Assembly (NCBI GenBank): GCA_002726235.1
Contig: PBSN01000008.1
Location: forward strand, 290,550-322,634
Direction of reading: 5' to 3'
Origin: Nitrospiraceae bacterium
GTDB taxonomy: Bacteria; Nitrospirota; Nitrospiria; Nitrospirales; UBA2166
DNA: 32,085 bases
Numbering within the stretch: the first letter of the stretch is position 1; every line of letters starts with the position of its first letter. Of this stretch, positions 27,115 through 32,085 are shown piece after piece. Both the position numbers and the translations under genes were made by a program. The notes under the pieces were generated by a model. That model made no database searches, was not told the DNA's origin, and saw nothing but the letters and a program-made list of their open reading frames with translations.

Positions 27115-28716
27115 CTATAGTCGTTTTGCAAGTGCATGTCGTATTGCGCTAAGTTCTGGGGAACGCATAAGAATATGGATCCCAAGATATACCGCAATGC
27201 TGAGAAGTACTCCAGTTCCAAGGAGCATTGCTTTTGCTACCCAGTGACCACTCTGGACCCACAGGCCGTGTATGGCCACCCATCGGCAAATGATGCCAAT
27301 AACAAGGCTTGCGATAGCAGTCCGAAGTAATGAGGTTGCGATTGCCTGCCAATCCAGAGGTCCGATCTTCTTCACGAGTAACCGGAGAAGGATGCTGACG
27401 TTTAGTATTGTGGCAATTGATGTTGCCAAGGCTAGTCCTCCATGTTGAAGGGGTCCGATAAGAGAGAGGGAAAGAGCGATGTTGCAGAACAATGCAAGCA
27501 TCGCGACTCGAACTGGCGTGCGTGTGTCTTGCAACGCGTAAAAGGCTGAAACCACTATCCGAATAGCTCCAAAGGCCCACAATCCGATTGCATAAAATGC
27601 TACCGCAATCGCTGTGCCTCTCGTAGCTTCGGCGGTAAACTCGCCGTGCTCGAAAAAGAGATGGATCAGTGGTGTTCGAAGCATGATGAGTCCAACGGTC
27701 GCCGGAATCATCAAGAAGAGTACATGGCGTAGGCCAAATTCGATACGTCTGTTTAACTCATCGTGCTCGTCGTTAGCCGTCAGGGCGCTCAGTGATGGAA
27801 GGATGGCGGTCGCCAAGGCAATACCAACGAGTCCAAGAGGAAAGTGGATAAGCCGCATTCCGTAAAAAAGGAATGTGACGCTACCGGTAGCAAGGAAGGA
27901 GGCGAGAATGGTATTGAGAAGAAGATTTGCCTGTGTGACACCTAAGCCAAATATGGTGGGAACGATAAGTGCTCCAATCCGTTTTACTCCAGGATGCGAT
28001 AGATTCCATCGGAAGGAGAGTGAAAAATTTGCTCGTCTCAAATGTGGAAGCTGAATGAGAAACTGAGCACACCCACCCAAAACGACACCAATCGCAATGC
28101 CATAAATCGGGTTGGAGAGCTGTGGGGCTACAAGAAAGGCGCAGAAAATGATAGTGAGGTTAAACATTACTGGAGCAAATGCTGGCGCGGCAAAACTTCG
28201 GACAGTATTGAGGATGCCCATGACAAGCGCGGAAAGGCCGACAAGAATCAGGTATGGGAACATCATTCTGGTGAGCTCAATGGTCAGCGCTTGTTTCTCA
28301 GGGTCGTCAGCGAACCCCATGGCAATTACGTATACAATTGCAGGGGTACCGAGGACACCAAGAATGCAAACCAGAGTCAGAAGGAGAAGGAGGGTTGTAA
28401 ACGCTGTGTTGGCAAGGTCTTTGGCATCGTGATGTGACCGCTTTTTAATATATTCACTAAACACTGGAATGAAGGCAGCGGCCATTGACCCCTCAGCAAA
28501 TAATTCTCTAAGCATATTAGGAATACGATATGCAACGAAAAATGCGTCTGCGGCGATCCCTGCCCCAAAGAATCGTGCAAGTATGATGTCGCGAGCAAAC
28601 CCTAAGATGCGGCTGAGGAGTGTTGCCCCACTAATCAGGGCAGATGCCCGAAGAATGCGTCCTTCTTCGCGTGATGGCAGACGAGGTGAGGGCTGAGGTG
28701 GGGGATCCTGCGGCAA
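27115..28716 (-). CDS. murJ: Lipid II flippase MurJ (MviN)
   Basis: SRILGFARD, ADAF.VAYRIPN.LR.LFAEG, AFIPVF, RL..FPLG and FYA.QDTRTP motifs. Likely TTG start at 28716 after SD AAAGGA (track 28782). Confidence 0.97.
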   Translation of the reverse strand: MPQDPPPQPSPRLPSREEGRILRASALISGATLLSRILGFARDIILARFFGAGIAADAFFVAYRIPNMLRELFAEGSMAAAFIPVFSEYIKKRSHHDAKDLANTAFTTLLLLLTLVCILGVLGTPAIVYVIAMGFADDPEKQALTIELTRMMFPYLILVGLSALVMGILNTVRSFAAPAFAPVMFNLTIIFCAFLVAPQLSNPIYGIAIGVVLGGCAQFLIQLPHLRRANFSLSFRWNLSHPGVKRIGALIVPTIFGLGVTQANLLLNTILASFLATGSVTFLFYGMRLIHFPLGLVGIALATAILPSLSALTANDEHDELNRRIEFGLRHVLFLMIPATVGLIMLRTPLIHLFFEHGEFTAEATRGTAIAVAFYAIGLWAFGAIRIVVSAFYALQDTRTPVRVAMLALFCNIALSLSLIGPLQHGGLALATSIATILNVSILLRLLVKKIGPLDWQAIATSLLRTAIASLVIGIICRWVAIHGLWVQSGHWVAKAMLLGTGVLLSIAVYLGIHILMRSPELSAIRHALAKRL

Positions 28717-28816
28717 TGGATTCCTTTTCGATTGCGATGTGAGGGCAGTGCTACACTCCCTATGCCGCAGGATTGTATCCAAGTACGGGAAAAGAATCTA
28801 TGTGTGGCCGTGAGTT

Positions 28817-28844
28817 TTGACCGTCTTAGGTATAGAGATATGAT
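28817..28844 (+). promoter_or_regulatory. Putative sigma70 promoter divergent from murJ
   Basis: TTGACC (28817-28822), 16 bp spacer, TATGAT (28839-28844). Confidence 0.45.
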
Positions 28845-29180
28845 TGCCTTAGCAACCATTGAAAAGCGCTGGAAATGAGCGAGTGCCTGCCGGTTGTGTG
28901 TTTGGAAGGAGTTCTTGGGTGAACCGTCTATCTCAAGCAATGTTCCATTATTCTACTTTGCTCAGCCAATGCCTATACAACCCTCGCATGCCGTTGCCTA
29001 TTGATATTTGGCCTGTTGTGACTGAGCATTCTATGGCTACAAACAGGACGAGATGGAATGAACGGAGAGACGAAGGAGATAATTGCCGTGAAAGCTGCTG
29101 GCATCTTTTTCTCCGCTCGAAAATAGTTCCACTACATTAGCTCTTGACATGTGTGATGTTTCGTCCAACACTGTGTGATC

Positions 29181-29645
29181 ATGTACCTAAGGTCATCATT
29201 GCTGAGCATACTTGCGGCGATCCTGTGTGTTCTTGCACTGGGGTGTATGGGGGTCGCGAGTGATGAGCATGAAGATTTATTGCCGGTGACTCTTCCCAAT
29301 GGAACGAAGTTTTTTGTTGAAGTCGCCGATACTGATCACTCGAGAGAACAGGGTCTGATGCATCGAGACCATTTGCCAAGAGATAGTGGGATGTTGTTTG
29401 TATTCGAGCATGAACAAATTTGGGCGTTTTGGATGAAAAACACCCTTATTCCGCTCGACGTGGTGTGGTTGGATGCCGAAGGTGTCATTGTGGATGTTGC
29501 CGAACATATGAAGCCCTGCATGACTATGCCGTGTACGCACTATCGCCCAGACCATGTATCCTCATTTGCCCTCGAAATTCCTGCTGGCCGATACGCAGAG
29601 GAAGGGCTTCAAGTAGGTATGCGTTTAATCTTTCCCGCACCGTAA
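29181..29645 (+). CDS. DUF192 family protein, probable lipoprotein
   Basis: VEVADT...REQGLM.R, GMLFVF, FWMKNT.IPLD and ALEIPAG motifs. Lipobox LALGC. Confidence 0.92.
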   Translation: MYLRSSLLSILAAILCVLALGCMGVASDEHEDLLPVTLPNGTKFFVEVADTDHSREQGLMHRDHLPRDSGMLFVFEHEQIWAFWMKNTLIPLDVVWLDAEGVIVDVAEHMKPCMTMPCTHYRPDHVSSFALEIPAGRYAEEGLQVGMRLIFPAP

Positions 29646-29716
29646 GTCTGCGGTCCAGATTTTCTCAGTAGCTCTTTCCCGTGCGCGTGCAGTGCCAAAT
29701 TGAGGCCGAATGGCGT

Positions 29717-30193
29717 ATGAATGATAAGTTTGTGATACTTCAAGAGCTTCCTGCTATTGTGGAACAATGTCGGGCTCGGGGTCAGAGGATTGTGTTTACC
29801 AACGGGTGTTTTGATTTGCTTCATGTTGGTCACGTACGTTCCCTCCAAGCTGCACGGCGCCTCGGTGAGATACTTATCGTTGGTCTCAACAGCGACATCT
29901 CTGTGAGCCAACTCAAGGGTCCTCAGCGACCAATTGTTTCAGAGAATCAACGGGGTGAAGTATTGGCAGCACTGACTTGCGTAGATTATGTTGTCGTATT
30001 TTCGGAACCAGATCCCTTGCGTGTCATTACTGCCGTGCAACCCGATGTTCTGGTGAAAAGTACTGATTGGGACCCGAAAGAGATCATCGGTCGTGAGGTG
30101 GTTGAGGCACGGGGTGGATCGGTTCTATCGGTCCCAGAGGTGACTGGTATTTCCACCACTATTCTCATTGAGCGCATGCGGACAGCCTTGTAG
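29717..30193 (+). CDS. rfaE2: D-glycero-beta-D-manno-heptose 1-phosphate adenylyltransferase (RfaE domain II / HldC)
   Basis: IVFTNGCFDLLHVGH, GLNSD.SV..LKG..RP, PDVLVK and STT motifs. Likely ATG 29717 (track 29681). Confidence 0.93.
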   Translation: MNDKFVILQELPAIVEQCRARGQRIVFTNGCFDLLHVGHVRSLQAARRLGEILIVGLNSDISVSQLKGPQRPIVSENQRGEVLAALTCVDYVVVFSEPDPLRVITAVQPDVLVKSTDWDPKEIIGREVVEARGGSVLSVPEVTGISTTILIERMRTAL

Positions 30194-32085
30194 TGACAAG
30201 TCTTGCGACAAAAACCAAGTCGGTTGCAGGATTTGACGCCCTGCTTGCTCAGCTAGACAGGGTTCTGAATCAAGACACGCATCTTCCAACGATCACAGGG
30301 CATACCAGATCGGCCAAATCTTTACTCCTGCTTCGATTGGCGCAGCACACCTCTAGAACGATGCTGATCGTCATGCGCTCTGAGGTAGAAGCCGAGGCTA
30401 TATATGGAGACCTGTTATTTTTCCGGGATTTTTTAAACCTTCCGATATTACCTCTTCATCAGTTTCCTGATTGGGATCTCTCACCGTATCAACCCGCAAT
30501 TCCAGCAGTTGACTGCGTCGCACTACGCATGAGAACCCTGTATCAATTAAACCAAGGATGCCCAACGGTTGTCGTGACCAGCATTTCAAGTGTCCTGCGA
30601 CGTACGCTTCCGAAAACTATATTTGCCGCGTCCTGTCTTGAACTGCACCCAGGTGATCATCTGGAGAGAGAAACCTTGATTGAGAGTTGTTTGCGATCGG
30701 GGTATCGCAATGTCTCTATCGTTCAGGATCCGGGAGAATTAAGCGTTCGAGGAGGGATCATCGATCTCTTTTCAACTGCCCATGATAAACCGGTGCGGCT
30801 TGAATTTCTTGGGGACACGTTAGAGTCGATGAGACTGTTTGATGTCGATTCCCAAATGTCGACTCATAAACAGGCCGGAGCGGTGGTCTTACCCGCACGG
30901 GAATACATCCTTGAGGCACTTCCCGAAAGTCCATTGCCGTTGGGCGTTGAATGGCAAACTCCAAAGCACTATGGCACGATGAATTCGTTAGCCGATTACT
31001 GCCTCGATCCACCAATTATTGTATTGAATGAGCCGCAGGAACTTCGACAACATGCCGATAAGCTTATGATTCAAGCGCTAGAGGAATGGAGTGAGCCGGC
31101 AACTCCCCCAGAAGCATGGTATCTTCCTTGGGAATCGATTAGTGTCGCGAACGATGGCCAGACAGTTGTCGTCACGGAAACGATTCCCCATGCTGTCGAT
31201 CGCCAGATTCATGTTGGAATTGATCCGGTCAATGCCCCCATTCATATGGCGTGTCGATCGCCGGAAAGTCTTGGCCTCGGCATTCAAGGTGCGCCGTTCG
31301 TGTCGGCTATAAAAATCCTTGAGGATCTTCGCTCCCGGGGACCTGTTGTCGTTATTGCACGGAGTTATGGTCAAGCCAACCGGCTGTGTGCGCTCTTCTC
31401 AGAACATGATGTGCCGGCTGAACTGTGGTCCGCAGGTCATCAGACTGCAATGGGATCTCACATCTCTGGGGCCCCAATTTATTTGACCCATGGCATTGTG
31501 TCGAGTGGGTTTCTCATGGAGGGGTTCGGCGCAATTATTCGAGAAGAAGACCTGTTTGCGAAATCAATGTCGCATTCTCCACAACGGCAATCGAAGAGTG
31601 CACACTTTCTCCCGTCAGTCGAAGATATTGAATTAGGGAGTCCGGTTGTTTACGTTGAGCACGGAATTGGACGATATGCTGGGCTTCGTCGCCTTGCAAT
31701 TCATGGCTATGAACAAGAGTTTTTCATGATTGAATATGCGGGGAATGACGTTGTGTATGTGCCGCTTGATCGCATGAATCACGTTCAGCGCTATCAGTGC
31801 CAAGAGGGACATATCCCTCGCTTGGATAGCCTTCGAGGTACACGGTGGAGTCAGACTAAAGCCCGAGTGAAAAAGAATATCGAGGATATGGCTGAAGAGC
31901 TTCTCGAGCTCTATTCGCGTCGTGAACTTGTTGAGGGAGTAGGGTGTTCTTCAGATTCGATTCTTTCACATGAATTTGATGCCGCATTTGAGTATGAAGC
32001 GACTCCCGATCAATTGACGGCGATCGAAGACGTCAAACGAAGCATGGAATCTACGCGTCCCATGGACAGATTGGTATGTGGCGAT
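30193..32085 (+). CDS. mfd: Transcription-repair coupling factor, N-terminal ~630 codons, runs off the window edge
   Basis: Not in the ORF track because it has no stop in the window. From GTG 30193 the frame gives FPDWDLSPY, GELSVRGGIIDLF, VYVEHGIGRY.GL and FEYEATPDQLTAI...MDRLVCGD. Confidence 0.96.
   Translation, partial: MTSLATKTKSVAGFDALLAQLDRVLNQDTHLPTITGHTRSAKSLLLLRLAQHTSRTMLIVMRSEVEAEAIYGDLLFFRDFLNLPILPLHQFPDWDLSPYQPAIPAVDCVALRMRTLYQLNQGCPTVVVTSISSVLRRTLPKTIFAASCLELHPGDHLERETLIESCLRSGYRNVSIVQDPGELSVRGGIIDLFSTAHDKPVRLEFLGDTLESMRLFDVDSQMSTHKQAGAVVLPAREYILEALPESPLPLGVEWQTPKHYGTMNSLADYCLDPPIIVLNEPQELRQHADKLMIQALEEWSEPATPPEAWYLPWESISVANDGQTVVVTETIPHAVDRQIHVGIDPVNAPIHMACRSPESLGLGIQGAPFVSAIKILEDLRSRGPVVVIARSYGQANRLCALFSEHDVPAELWSAGHQTAMGSHISGAPIYLTHGIVSSGFLMEGFGAIIREEDLFAKSMSHSPQRQSKSAHFLPSVEDIELGSPVVYVEHGIGRYAGLRRLAIHGYEQEFFMIEYAGNDVVYVPLDRMNHVQRYQCQEGHIPRLDSLRGTRWSQTKARVKKNIEDMAEELLELYSRRELVEGVGCSSDSILSHEFDAAFEYEATPDQLTAIEDVKRSMESTRPMDRLVCGD

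Noticed and set aside
30398..31631. Short ORFs listed at the right end of the window
   Set aside because: They are shadows of the continuous mfd frame, which the track omitted because it has no stop inside the window.
1..32085. CRISPR array, IS element, prophage, defence or toxin-antitoxin system
   Set aside because: No repeat-spacer pattern or transposase, integrase or phage-like ORF was seen. All long ORFs are explained by known families, and the other short track ORFs are overlapping shadows.

Overview
Mostly a conserved housekeeping region from a diderm bacterium. Gene content and order resemble Nitrospirota or deltaproteobacteria, which is my impression and was not tested. Left to right: the 5' end of pheA; an M23 peptidase-bactofilin pair; metK; a System II cytochrome c maturation cluster (resB, ccsA, two TlpA/ResA, ccdA); aroE; a degraded pilC relic; ispE-prs-rplY-pth; rpsF-ssb-rpsR; yceD-rpmF-plsX-fabH-(enoyl-ACP reductase)-fabD-fabG-acpP-fabF-rnc; a cyclophilin; a minus-strand block murJ, Fis-like HTH, tRNA-Val(GAC), thrS-infC-rpmI-rplT, DmpA-like peptidase; then DUF192-rfaE2-mfd (partial). 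I found no mobile element, CRISPR array, defence system or clearly novel multi-gene system. The most notable items are: (i) an unannotated, frameshifted, internally deleted pilC pseudogene where a type IV pilus cluster probably once stood; (ii) pth, whose conserved N-terminus has no in-frame ATG/GTG/TTG; (iii) an ATC-initiated infC and many non-ATG starts; (iv) missing or substituted operon members; (v) a few candidate regulatory sites and orphan intergenic segments.
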